This document shows, in pieces, positions 10,277 to 20,015 of a stretch of 64,000 nt of DNA. A program made the position numbers and the translations under genes. Each line of letters starts with the position of its first letter. The stretch's first letter is position 1. Origin of the DNA: a virus; the IMG/VR virus record IMGVR_UViG_3300034073_002480, positions 32,001 through 96,000 of that record; one strand, written 5' to 3'. The notes under the pieces were generated by a model that saw only the letters and a program-made list of their open reading frames with translations, searched no databases and was not told the origin of the DNA.

Positions 10277-11110
10277 ATGTTTCCTCAATTACCTTTCTCT
10301 TATTTCGATAACACAGATTTTTGTTTTGCAAAGTTGATTACAAAAAACTATGCAGAACGTGATAACGGGGTATTCCTACGATTATTGAATCACAACTACG
10401 GTCTAGTAGCAGGATTAAAAGGATTAAATGACAAGATTTTAGCTTACTGGAATTTTCAATCAGTGAATCTAGATGGCGATTTTGAGAATCAGGTCAACAT
10501 TGCCGATCTGCCATTAGTCGCAACTACTTCTGATACTGTCGCGGGTATTATTGGCAATGGATTATGGGGGAATGGGAATAATTATGCTGAAAGCACCGAC
10601 ACCAGATTAGATCCTCAGGTAGCAAGGTTTTTAGGGTTCGGCGGATGGGTAAACACAGCTATAGATACAGGCAGTTTGTCCACATCTACAACTTACGAAG
10701 AGCCAATATTATCAGGATTTGCAACTAGCGGGTATTACTTGAGAGTCCGCGCCGTGACCGATGACCCCGTTGATATAGGCACTATTACCTATTCAGTTGT
10801 ACTGCAAATTGAATATGATAGCAGCCCCCTTGAAGTGGCGATTGCGACTGCGGCTGTCGGTTGGAATTTCTTCTATTTTGAGATTAATTTTGCGGCTGGA
10901 GAAGCAAAACTATCAGTAAATGCAGGGGCATTTAGCACCATATCATTCAGCGAAATAGATACTATTGTCAGCAATTTCTACGTTGGCGGCGATACAAGTA
11001 ACGATCTTATCCCCACTATAGATGAAATTTTTGTCTCCGATGAAGCGCTAGACTTAGCGGATCTAGCAGTAATTTATAATTCTGGCAGTGCCAATGCTTA
11101 CCCATTTTAG
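10277..11110 (+). CDS. LamG/concanavalin A-like lectin domain virion protein (possible receptor binding)
   Basis: LAYWNF...GIIGNGL...IDEIFVSDEAL...IYNSG pattern typical of LamG domains. Confidence 0.65.
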   Translation: MFPQLPFSYFDNTDFCFAKLITKNYAERDNGVFLRLLNHNYGLVAGLKGLNDKILAYWNFQSVNLDGDFENQVNIADLPLVATTSDTVAGIIGNGLWGNGNNYAESTDTRLDPQVARFLGFGGWVNTAIDTGSLSTSTTYEEPILSGFATSGYYLRVRAVTDDPVDIGTITYSVVLQIEYDSSPLEVAIATAAVGWNFFYFEINFAAGEAKLSVNAGAFSTISFSEIDTIVSNFYVGGDTSNDLIPTIDEIFVSDEALDLADLAVIYNSGSANAYPF

Positions 11111-11119
11111 GAGCGAAAA

Positions 11120-11896
11120 ATGACTCAATCAACTTACCTTAGAAACCAAGATGCAAACTGGGTAAAGGGGACTGCTTACCCCGCAGCCCCTACGGTTTAC
11201 ATCACCTTGCACACCGCCGATCCTGCTCTCACTGGAGCTAACGAACTAGCATTCAATGCTCGTATTGCAGTTTCTGTTTTTGGTGCAATCACAACTGTTG
11301 GTAATACAAGAGAGATGCCTGTTAATGAGACAATTACATTCACAAATGCACCTTCTACTGGCACTGCACCTTATTGGGGTGCTTGGGATTCATTAACAGG
11401 TGGTAATTTTTTAGGTGGTGGTATTTTTGTAGATGACACAGGAACACCAGATCCTATTACTTTTTCTATAACAGAATCTGTTGTGATTAATGAAGGCACA
11501 ATAAGATTTGCATATGCTATCGACGTTTTTTCTATTTATTTTGTAGATGCTAAGCTTAACTGGTTAGCAGGTACAGCAATGCCAACAGCACCTACTAATA
11601 TATATGCAATAGCAGGTTTTAATCTTACAATGACTACTGGTACTGAAGCTGTGTTACCACGAGAGCTTGTTAGTTGGGGTTCTATTATAACCATAGGTGC
11701 TTACAAAAGAATAAGAAATAGTGTTGATCTTGTCTTTGACTCGTTGACAGAGCCACCTCTAAGTTTTAATAGTTTACGTTTTTATGATGCAATAACTGCT
11801 GGTAATCTTTTGTTTATAGGTCGTGGAAAACAAAAAAACTATACTGTAGGGCAACAACCTTCTTGGTTAACAACACGTATTAATGTAGATTTTTAG
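11120..11896 (+). CDS. Minor tail protein made of two tandem homologous domains
   Basis: STYLRNQDANWVKGTAYPAAPTVYI...WDSLTGGNFL is repeated as SIYFVDAKLNWLAGTAMPTAPTNIYA...YDAITAGNLL. Confidence 0.6.
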   Translation: MTQSTYLRNQDANWVKGTAYPAAPTVYITLHTADPALTGANELAFNARIAVSVFGAITTVGNTREMPVNETITFTNAPSTGTAPYWGAWDSLTGGNFLGGGIFVDDTGTPDPITFSITESVVINEGTIRFAYAIDVFSIYFVDAKLNWLAGTAMPTAPTNIYAIAGFNLTMTTGTEAVLPRELVSWGSIITIGAYKRIRNSVDLVFDSLTEPPLSFNSLRFYDAITAGNLLFIGRGKQKNYTVGQQPSWLTTRINVDF

Positions 11897-11897
11897 T

Positions 11898-12599
11898 ATG
11901 TACAAAATCCCAACCATAGAAGAGAAAAATGACAAACGTAAACCGACTGTAACCTCTGCACATACAGCTACAGGTTTTGTGCGTTTGGAACCATCTGTCT
12001 ATACTGTGCAGCAATACCCTTTGGTAGAACTTTATGGTTATACTGTGTCGTTATTTAATCCTTTCACTGTCGTGCCGTCAAGTTGGCGATTGTTGTCTGT
12101 ACAAAACACCACAGATAGCTCTTTTTTGCCCTCTGTCGCGTCTTTATCTGGTTTAGGTACAAACACATATTACAAGAAACTAAATGCCTTGTACCCGTTG
12201 TTAAACGCCACTGGTGTGACAATACGCCTAGAGTTTGTTGTTTTTACAGATTTGGTTGGGCTTACGAACGATATCTCTATTTTTACTGACCGAGGTGCTG
12301 TTCTGACGCAAGTAAATATCACAGGGCATATAGCTACCTTTTCTTCTACGGTTCGAGAGTTCACGTTGGAGTCTCTGATAGCCACCAAGACAGAGTTCCC
12401 CGTACCAGCTGCTTTGACGTTTACTATGGATATTGACCTTGGTGCTTACACATACTACACTGTTTATAATGTGCCTGTAAGTATAGGTTCTGTAGATTAT
12501 GTTCTGTACAACAACAAGATGTACAATAGGTCACGCACAGTAATACCTGCTGCTGGTACTTTTACAACAAGATCTGGTGGAGGTTTACTGTGGATCTAA
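11898..12599 (+). CDS. Putative virion/tail protein
   Basis: 233 aa beta-rich ORF, translationally coupled within the tail operon. Confidence 0.5.
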   Translation: MYKIPTIEEKNDKRKPTVTSAHTATGFVRLEPSVYTVQQYPLVELYGYTVSLFNPFTVVPSSWRLLSVQNTTDSSFLPSVASLSGLGTNTYYKKLNALYPLLNATGVTIRLEFVVFTDLVGLTNDISIFTDRGAVLTQVNITGHIATFSSTVREFTLESLIATKTEFPVPAALTFTMDIDLGAYTYYTVYNVPVSIGSVDYVLYNNKMYNRSRTVIPAAGTFTTRSGGGLLWI

Positions 12600-15250
12600 G
12601 GAATGTCACACGTATTTTTGTTAACACCCCTGTAGTCAATGGTCGGAAACTAGCTACTGGGGTTCTGCCTGTGGGTGTGCCTACGCAAGTTGAAGGGTCG
12701 CTCAGTATCACCCATACAATCAATGAAGGGTCGGAAATCCGTTTGTCATTCACTACTGTACCTTCTTTTCGTATTGCCCAGTTACGTGCGGAGTTCAAAG
12801 AAGGGTCGTTGCACAGTTACGACTCTAACCAGTATATAGTCACGAACTACGGTGAAACAACTGACACCCAACCACTACAACAATTTGGCATTATCACAAC
12901 TTACACAGTAGAAGTTGTGTTGTTGGTCTACAGTTTTCTCAAAGCACAGATAGCGGTGCGATTACCTTTTCCTTCTACAGGTTCACCTTTTATACCTGCA
13001 CGTGACATCGCTACCAAAGCTGGTGTTGTCTACAACGGTTTTGATTTTCAGATCCCTGTGACGCGTGATTCTGCCGATACATTTTTTACTTTTGTTTTAC
13101 GCGACGAAATAGAGTCTCGTGCTTTTGAGTACCAACATTTTATCTTCTATGGTTCTGGCGTTGTCCAAACAAAACCTTTGCAGTACACACGACCTGTAAG
13201 TGGTGTCATCAGCCCTGTGCAAATATCAGGATCGCCACCTGTTCAGTACAAAAATGCTGTTGTGACATGGGCTAACAATACGCTAGACCCTTTTCGTAAC
13301 GACCCTGATTATCTCAAACCAACCCCGCAAGTATTATATCTAGTAGAGGGTGATCTTTCTGTTTCACAACCACCTGACAATATCACAGCTTTTCGCGATC
13401 AAAAAGGTAATTTTATATCTAGTGTTGGTCTAAACAACCCTGTATCACCTAAAGAAACACCGTTAGACAACCAAACAGGAACTTGGTATCAAGCTACTCG
13501 TGCCTTGCATTTAGTATTTGACAATGGTGGTCAGACAAAAGAAGTACGTATCACCAAAAAAGTAGATGGTGTGACCGAATATGTAGAATCTTACAAATAT
13601 GGATTTATGTTTACTGCTTTTAAATTTGCAACAGCAGGTGGTTCACCATCTAATTATTGGCTGCCTATAGAGTACAAGAAAACTGTCTATAACTACACAA
13701 AAGTAGATCGTGATTTCGACAGCATCAAATACCAAGATCGTAAAGGTATATGGCGTTCCACAGTAATAGCTCCCGAACTCAAAGCTCTGTTGCAAGCATC
13801 ACGTGTAGGTTATTTGACCTCAACTGTAACAACAGGCTACAAGTATTTACGTTTTCAGAACGAAAGCCAAGGTGGTTGGGACATAACCAAGGACACATCT
13901 ATCGCTGGTTCTGTGTTCTGGGGTAAAAGAGTCAAAGGTGGTATAAATGGTGGTACGGGTGGCAATAACACAGCCGAAGCCAATTATTGCCAAGATATGT
14001 TGCAGCTTTATTTGTTTAGGAAAGTACCTATCAACGGCAAAACGCAGTATTATCTAGTAGAATCTGAGTCTATTTACAATGATACATATACCAATACCAA
14101 TAAAGAAATCAACGCCAACATAGAAAAAATAGCATGGTCGGCATTACCTGAATCCCTCCGTAACACAACAACGCCTGATTCCGAAGGATTTGTTGGTATA
14201 GCACGACCTGACCCCGATTCATACAAAGAATATTTAGTGATTAGCGAACGTACTGAAGAGATTGCACTGGCATGGCGTACTAATCCTTTGGCGAAGCTAT
14301 ATGATGGTGAAAACCAAACAGTTGCGGAAAAAGCACCTGTGGTCAAACCTAATGCACTACCTTCGACTTATTTACCTTCGTTGGAACCATATGTGATAGG
14401 TGAAAACACAATAGCGACCGTAGAAAGAAAGGTTATCCCCAACCGTAATACAACAGGTAATCACAACAACATACTACAAGAAAACGATAAATATAAACTG
14501 CCACCTCAAGCTATCCAAAATGCCACTCGCTTCATAGGAACAAATAAGACATCTGATCGCATCGACAAATATGTAGAGTACACAACAACAAATACTAGCA
14601 GAGGCACTAACTTTGATGAGCAAGCGGCTTTAACAACTTTTGCTGAATACGAAGGTCGTCCCCCTCTGGCAACTGTCCAACGCACAGCAGCTTTACAATC
14701 TGACATCCAAGACGACCCCTTCTATAAGAAAGACAAAGAGTACTACTACACAGCTTTGTTGGACTCCGATTATCCTACAGATGACTCCACAGCTTCTTTT
14801 ACTTTACTCGAAACCAAACAGTCGGATCTTGCTGGTACACGAAGAGCGTTAGATTTTCGGTTGCAGTTAGAGAATGCTTCATCCACACAAGAATTAACAG
14901 TTGACCTTGGTTATTACCGACCTGAGTATAAGGTAGGTTCATTGACGACTATAGCTGAATACGATGGACAATGGTTGATTCGTAAAGTAGAACATGGTTT
15001 TGACTTTAGTGGTGCTTTCATGACGAACAAACCAACACGGTTGACACTTGGCTATTGGTACTTTGTACAGTCACAAATAACTACATCCGAGTTTACAAAG
15101 CAGTCACCTACAGCATTACCTTATAATCCTTCCCGTTATAATGTAATTGGTGGTAAGTACCCGTTAGATTTTCAGAAATTGCCTAACATGCCTTCTCTCA
15201 CAGGCTCTAGAGGTAACGAACAACCCTCATTAGCTTTCGTGGATTTTTAA
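12590..15250 (+). CDS. Large tail tip/baseplate-region protein
   Basis: 886 aa ORF; C-terminal DLGYYRPEYKVG...GQWLIRKVEHGF resembles hub-type ends; tail operon context. Confidence 0.55.
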   Translation: MDLRNVTRIFVNTPVVNGRKLATGVLPVGVPTQVEGSLSITHTINEGSEIRLSFTTVPSFRIAQLRAEFKEGSLHSYDSNQYIVTNYGETTDTQPLQQFGIITTYTVEVVLLVYSFLKAQIAVRLPFPSTGSPFIPARDIATKAGVVYNGFDFQIPVTRDSADTFFTFVLRDEIESRAFEYQHFIFYGSGVVQTKPLQYTRPVSGVISPVQISGSPPVQYKNAVVTWANNTLDPFRNDPDYLKPTPQVLYLVEGDLSVSQPPDNITAFRDQKGNFISSVGLNNPVSPKETPLDNQTGTWYQATRALHLVFDNGGQTKEVRITKKVDGVTEYVESYKYGFMFTAFKFATAGGSPSNYWLPIEYKKTVYNYTKVDRDFDSIKYQDRKGIWRSTVIAPELKALLQASRVGYLTSTVTTGYKYLRFQNESQGGWDITKDTSIAGSVFWGKRVKGGINGGTGGNNTAEANYCQDMLQLYLFRKVPINGKTQYYLVESESIYNDTYTNTNKEINANIEKIAWSALPESLRNTTTPDSEGFVGIARPDPDSYKEYLVISERTEEIALAWRTNPLAKLYDGENQTVAEKAPVVKPNALPSTYLPSLEPYVIGENTIATVERKVIPNRNTTGNHNNILQENDKYKLPPQAIQNATRFIGTNKTSDRIDKYVEYTTTNTSRGTNFDEQAALTTFAEYEGRPPLATVQRTAALQSDIQDDPFYKKDKEYYYTALLDSDYPTDDSTASFTLLETKQSDLAGTRRALDFRLQLENASSTQELTVDLGYYRPEYKVGSLTTIAEYDGQWLIRKVEHGFDFSGAFMTNKPTRLTLGYWYFVQSQITTSEFTKQSPTALPYNPSRYNVIGGKYPLDFQKLPNMPSLTGSRGNEQPSLAFVDF

Positions 15251-15253
15251 CCT

Positions 15254-15424
15254 ATGGACAATACACAAGCACAAGTTTTACATAATTTCCGTTCTTTATT
15301 TGGTCGTTACAAAGCTGTAGTAACACAAAATGAACGTACAACACGGATCACTGTTGATAACAAAACTGTAGAGGTCAATAAGATTCGTACAAGACAAACA
15401 CAGCAGCAGACTATAAGATTATGA
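15254..15424 (+). CDS. Small hypothetical protein (56 aa, not in ORF track)
   Basis: MDNTQAQVLHNFRSLFGRY...QTIRL fills the gap; stop overlaps the next start as ATGA. Confidence 0.6.
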   Translation: MDNTQAQVLHNFRSLFGRYKAVVTQNERTTRITVDNKTVEVNKIRTRQTQQQTIRL

Positions 15425-16941
15425 CACAACCTCAAGAAGTGCTGAGAAATTACCAACAGTTGTTATTAGATAACAACACTGTGCAACAAGGATCATTTTC
15501 TTCTGTGGTTTTGAATGACGCTGAGATACAAGGTGGTAATAATAAAGTAGCACAACAGACAAAAATAACTCAACGTAGAAAGAAAAATCCAATACAAAGA
15601 TTTGATGCGCCGCTTGTTGTTGTTTTTAAAGATATAGTTGAAGGTAGTCCATCTTACCTTAGGTATTTGATAAGTGATGGTGAAACAACACCTGAAGAAG
15701 TGCTTAATGATATAAACTCTAGTATTTTAACAGCTTCAAAAACTTTTGGGGGATATTATGTACATGCTTATAAAAATGATCCTGATTTGACTTTAGGATT
15801 ATTAACAGAAGGTAGTTTAGAGTTTACAAATTTTACAGCATTGTCAGGTAATAGTTTTCAAGTTTTTCAACATGGTTTATATGTAACTTTAGGGGTAGGT
15901 GTTGAAGTCGATTTCCCTATCCTCGGATGTTTAACTACATCTTTTTATTTTCGTGAAAAAGATAGTTCTGGTAATATAAATACTGGTGATACTTTAAGAA
16001 AAAATACCAGACTAGTCCAAACAGATCCAGAAGGTAACAAAAGACATTTTTTGATTTATTTACCATCTGATGCAAGTACATCTGTAACAATAACAAACTC
16101 CGAAATAACCGTAACTATAGATGGTTTTGACGAGATATTAGATTTAGAGGATATGATTGAAGTAAGAGTCGAAGGCTCTTTAGAAGAGTATTGGTACGGA
16201 GATTATAGTACAGAGCTTAACCCTGTAAGACTAGGAGATGAATACACATGGGAGATTATAACTTGCACATTTCCTGATGGTTGGCAATATCCAGCTCCTC
16301 CTGATTTCTCTACGCCAATATGGATACCTGCTAATCAAATTGGTGTATCTAAAGCAATAACCGCTACATATGATCTCACAGGTAATTTCTCATATGATGA
16401 TGAACAAGATGCCAGTTTTACAAGATCAGCTGCACCTGCACCACCATTCTCTATCCAATGGTCGCCACCATTACCATCATTTACTGTACCTTTAGCACTT
16501 TCTCCTGGTAATATCATAAATGTAAATACATCATCTGGTATTTTTCAGTTACTGTGCATAGGTTTGGATCAAGCTGATTTTATATTCCAAGAGTTATCAG
16601 GTGAAAATACTGTATATGCGTACTACAACGGGAGTAACAGAAAAGAGTTTGATGTTGAATCTTTTCGCACACCAGTTGATCTATTCCCTGAAGAAGATGA
16701 TCCTAGAAACGATGAATATATTGTTTTTAATCGTGTTTCTGGTATAAATTACACGCCTAACCTTGTAGATGGGGTTATATATGCGTTAACCAAGCACAGA
16801 AGTGAAGATGAAATAATCAAAAAACAGTGGGCTGCGATTGTAGTTAATCTATCTGGTTCAGCACCTTCCTTCAGTGTTGAATATTTTGACTACACTTTAA
16901 ATACAGACTTAGAAATAGAGGATATGAGCTGTATCTTGTAA
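15421..16941 (+). CDS. Acidic hypothetical virion-associated protein
   Basis: 506 aa ORF at the end of the tail operon. Confidence 0.5.
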   Translation: MTQPQEVLRNYQQLLLDNNTVQQGSFSSVVLNDAEIQGGNNKVAQQTKITQRRKKNPIQRFDAPLVVVFKDIVEGSPSYLRYLISDGETTPEEVLNDINSSILTASKTFGGYYVHAYKNDPDLTLGLLTEGSLEFTNFTALSGNSFQVFQHGLYVTLGVGVEVDFPILGCLTTSFYFREKDSSGNINTGDTLRKNTRLVQTDPEGNKRHFLIYLPSDASTSVTITNSEITVTIDGFDEILDLEDMIEVRVEGSLEEYWYGDYSTELNPVRLGDEYTWEIITCTFPDGWQYPAPPDFSTPIWIPANQIGVSKAITATYDLTGNFSYDDEQDASFTRSAAPAPPFSIQWSPPLPSFTVPLALSPGNIINVNTSSGIFQLLCIGLDQADFIFQELSGENTVYAYYNGSNRKEFDVESFRTPVDLFPEEDDPRNDEYIVFNRVSGINYTPNLVDGVIYALTKHRSEDEIIKKQWAAIVVNLSGSAPSFSVEYFDYTLNTDLEIEDMSCIL

Positions 16942-16952
16942 TGTGATATCAT
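16942..16952 (+). promoter_or_regulatory. Extended -10 promoter candidate (TGTGATATCAT) for portal
   Basis: TGnTAnnnT element in the 34 nt intergenic gap. Confidence 0.4.
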
Positions 16953-16975
16953 AAGATTATATATATACAAAAATT

Positions 16976-18481
16976 ATGGCACTATTCCCCCATGTAATCA
17001 CATCCAAGAACATAGAAAGAAGAGATGGCAATCCTCTGTATGAGGAGTTCCAGCCATCTTTATATGTACCTACTAATGCCCGTCTGACATCATCTGTACA
17101 GGCGTTGACAGGACGTTATATCACAGAGTTGTATTCACCGAAGCGTCGTGTGTATAACGAATGGATTAAGATGCTTGATAAAGATCCTATCGCGGCATTT
17201 TGTGCAGGTATCAAGGTGTTACGCGCACAGATTACTTTTGGGGAATATACACATCCTAACAAAGACTACCAGCAGTTCATACGCCAGAACTTTGCCAATA
17301 TGGAAGGTAGTTTCCGCAACGTATTGGCACGTCTTGCAAGCGCTATGACTTTTGGTTGTTCTGTAGCTGAGGTTAACTTCTCTTCTACGGTTCCAGGTTT
17401 TAGAGGCAAGTGGATGTTGAAAGACATCAATGTGCTGGATATCCGTAACTTATCTGCTCGTGGTAAATGTGGTCGTGTCACAGAATGGGGTTATAGAGAC
17501 AGATACAACAACACAGTATATATTGACCATCGCAAGTGCCTACATATTACAAATACAGATCTTATACCTTTTAATACAGACTTGATATGGGGATCTGCTG
17601 ATTGTGAACGTGCATTGAATTGGTATAAGCTGAGACAGTTGGTAGCTACTGAATTTGCTATTGCTGCGAAGAACAATGCTACAGGTATATTGTGGGGGCA
17701 GACTAGTAGTTCAGCAAAAATGCAGCTTTATGATGCAAATGATCAATTAAGATTAGATTCTTCGGGTAAAGCTTTAACTGTATCTAAACAGAAAGCATTA
17801 TATATGCAGTTGAAAGAACTTGACCAAAATGATTTAATTGTTACTGATCTTGATACAGATTTAAAAATCTTGCAAACCCAGACTGGGGAAGCTTTTTGGT
17901 CTTATGCTTTCGATTTAATTGAGAAGAACCTTGCCCTCAGCTTCCATGTCCCAGTTACGCTCTTTAGAGAGTCAGTGTCGGGTAGTTTTGGCAATACAGG
18001 TCTCTCACAGAATCATAAATCCATGTTAGATTCAGGAGTAGAAAGCGTAGTACAATGTATTAGAGAATCGATTCTAGAGCGTGTAGTTAAACCATTACTT
18101 ATATGGGAATTTGGAAAGATACCTGAAGATAATTATGGTTCCTTTGAGTTCTTAGTTCCTGAATCTGCTGTTGATAGGAACAGTTTGGTGAGTACGGCGC
18201 TAAGTGCGGTCGCGAGTGGGGTTATAGATGCCAATGACAAGGGACTACAAAACTTTGTAAGAAAATCTATTGGGCTAGATCCTCAAACAGATGCAGAGAA
18301 GGCTGACGCAGAAAAACTTCAGCAACTTGATATTGTCACGAAGTGGTTGAACAGCCATGCTAGTCAACAAGCAGCTAAATCTCAGATAGATGAAGCACAA
18401 GTGAAACAAAAAGAGTTACAACAAGTAGACCCTAACTTAGAAGAAAAGTCTGTTGATCCTGATAACCAGCAATATCCATAA
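16976..18481 (+). CDS. Portal protein (DUF935 / Mu gp29-like)
   Basis: 501 aa; MLDKDP and AMTFGCSVAEV pattern, GSFGNTG segment, and ERVVKPLLIWEFG typical of DUF935 portals. Confidence 0.7.
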   Translation: MALFPHVITSKNIERRDGNPLYEEFQPSLYVPTNARLTSSVQALTGRYITELYSPKRRVYNEWIKMLDKDPIAAFCAGIKVLRAQITFGEYTHPNKDYQQFIRQNFANMEGSFRNVLARLASAMTFGCSVAEVNFSSTVPGFRGKWMLKDINVLDIRNLSARGKCGRVTEWGYRDRYNNTVYIDHRKCLHITNTDLIPFNTDLIWGSADCERALNWYKLRQLVATEFAIAAKNNATGILWGQTSSSAKMQLYDANDQLRLDSSGKALTVSKQKALYMQLKELDQNDLIVTDLDTDLKILQTQTGEAFWSYAFDLIEKNLALSFHVPVTLFRESVSGSFGNTGLSQNHKSMLDSGVESVVQCIRESILERVVKPLLIWEFGKIPEDNYGSFEFLVPESAVDRNSLVSTALSAVASGVIDANDKGLQNFVRKSIGLDPQTDAEKADAEKLQQLDIVTKWLNSHASQQAAKSQIDEAQVKQKELQQVDPNLEEKSVDPDNQQYP

Positions 18482-18492
18482 TATGCTATAAT
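18482..18492 (+). promoter_or_regulatory. Extended -10 promoter (TATGCTATAAT)
   Basis: Perfect TGnTATAAT directly after the portal stop. Confidence 0.7.
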
Positions 18493-18602
18493 ATACTGAA
18501 GAGAGTAGGTGGAATTAATTACCCCACTGACAAGAAATCCCAGTTAAGTTTCTCTCTCTTTTCCTTATTAACTGAATCCCCACATCTTAACTGGTAACAA
18601 AA

Positions 18603-19736
18603 ATGCAATACAAGATTTGTGACTTTAATAATAAGCAAATTCTTCCTGAGCTTAAAAAACAAGGAATTTACAAGATCGAGACATCTGATAACAGATGTTA
18701 TGTAGGTAGCGCAGGACGTAATTTTAGACATAGATGGACTGGGCATCTACATTCCTTACGAAACAACAAACATCATTCTCAGTATTTGCAGAATATCTTC
18801 AATAAATATGGTGAAGATTTTCTACAGTTTTCTATTTTGGAAGTCGTTACTAAAGATAAAGAGCAGCTTATAAGTCGTGAACAGTATTGGATTGATTTGC
18901 TACAACCTTGTCTGAATATTTGCCCTAATGCTGGTAACAATCTTGGTTACAAACACACAGAAGAATTTAAATTAAATAGGTCAAAACAGTCTAGAGAAAA
19001 GAGTGATTTTGAAGGTGTTGTAATAACACAGACAGGTAGATTCAGCGCTCAAATCTATGTACGTGGTAACAGAGTAGGTCTAGGGTGCTATGGCACACGT
19101 GAGGAAGCATTACAAGCTAGAGAAGAAGGTAAACTAACTTTCTGGAATGACTCCGTAGATGCAATGTCTGAAGAAGAGTTGGCTGTTTTTATAAAGCAAC
19201 GTAAAGAAAGTAGAAATGGTTATCTGATGATGCCATCAAAAACTGGTGAGTACTATATAGATTTCCAGCGAAATAGGTATATTTTTAAACATACTAGACC
19301 TAAATACCACTGTAAGTATTTTAAAACTCTTGAAGAGGCAGTAATCTACAGGGATGCATATCTGGCTTCAGGTTGTAGTTTAGAAACACCTAAAAAAGTT
19401 GCAAACTCTGGCGAGAAGCATATTAGAGTTACTGATTGTGGTAACTATAGATTCTATATTAGAAAGCCTAATTATAGTCAGATTTTTAAGACATTAGAAG
19501 AAGCTGTTGCCGCGAGAGATGCTTATTTTGCAAAAGACTATAAAGAAACTAGCTCTAGAAAACCACCAAAATCTGGTCATAAACTTATAAGAGAGACTCG
19601 CTATAACACTTACGAGTTTAGGCACAGTCCAACTAAACATCATAAATACTTCCCAACACTTGAAGAAGCAGTCGCGTACAAACAACAGTACCTCGAAAAT
19701 CTAAAAGCCTCACACCAGAATCCAACTGATGACTAG
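18603..19736 (+). CDS. Free-standing GIY-YIG homing endonuclease with C-terminal AP2-like DNA-binding repeats
   Basis: GIYKI...CYVGSA, R and E catalytic positions (FRHRW, SREQYWI); AP2-like GV...GRFSAQI...LGCYGTREEA plus three F-x-TLEEAV repeats. Confidence 0.85.
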   Translation: MQYKICDFNNKQILPELKKQGIYKIETSDNRCYVGSAGRNFRHRWTGHLHSLRNNKHHSQYLQNIFNKYGEDFLQFSILEVVTKDKEQLISREQYWIDLLQPCLNICPNAGNNLGYKHTEEFKLNRSKQSREKSDFEGVVITQTGRFSAQIYVRGNRVGLGCYGTREEALQAREEGKLTFWNDSVDAMSEEELAVFIKQRKESRNGYLMMPSKTGEYYIDFQRNRYIFKHTRPKYHCKYFKTLEEAVIYRDAYLASGCSLETPKKVANSGEKHIRVTDCGNYRFYIRKPNYSQIFKTLEEAVAARDAYFAKDYKETSSRKPPKSGHKLIRETRYNTYEFRHSPTKHHKYFPTLEEAVAYKQQYLENLKASHQNPTDD

Positions 19737-19779
19737 GGATTACAAAACCCTTGTTTTAAGCACTAAACTAGTGAGGCAT

Positions 19780-19856
19780 TGGCTTGTCAGGAAGGATTTG
19801 AACCTTCGACATCCGAGGTAGAAGCTCGGTGTTCTTATCCGCTGAACTACTGACAA
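19780..19856 (-). tRNA. tRNA-Arg(TCT) with encoded CCA
   Basis: Cloverleaf: acceptor TTGTCAG/CTGACAA, D stem GTTC/GAAC, anticodon arm CCGAG-CTTCTAC-CTCGG, T arm GAAGG-TTCAAAT-CCTTC, then G-CCA. Confidence 0.92.
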
Positions 19857-19927
19857 TTCCTTCGCTACGGGTCGAACGTAGAATAGAAGATCCAAATTCT
19901 TCTGTGATACCATTTCACTACAAAGGA
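19857..19927 (-). tRNA. tRNA-Gln(TTG), no encoded CCA
   Basis: Acceptor TCCTTTG/CGAAGGA, D stem GTGA/TCAC, anticodon arm GAAGA-ATTTGGA-TCTTC, T arm CTACG-TTCGACC-CGTAG. Confidence 0.88.
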
Positions 19928-19928
19928 T

Positions 19929-20007
19929 TGGACGCAGGTGTTGGAATTGCACCAACTGATATCCAAGTTATGAGCATGGCAAGCCTGTCTGTCGCTCCGT
20001 ACCTGCT
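19929..20007 (-). tRNA. Atypical initiator-like tRNA-Met(CAT) with encoded CCA
   Basis: Acceptor AGCAGGT/ACCTGCG (1:72 mismatch), D stem GAGC/GCTT, loop CTCATAA, T arm GTTGG-TGCAATT-CCAAC, then T-CCA. Confidence 0.75.
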
Positions 20008-20015
20008 TGTCTATT

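Noticed and set aside
19816-19823. TTCTAC in the tRNA-Arg anticodon loop resembles the dispersed motif core and the Cas12a repeat
   Set aside because: Dictated by the anticodon, lacks the flanking tract, and there is no repeat-spacer array
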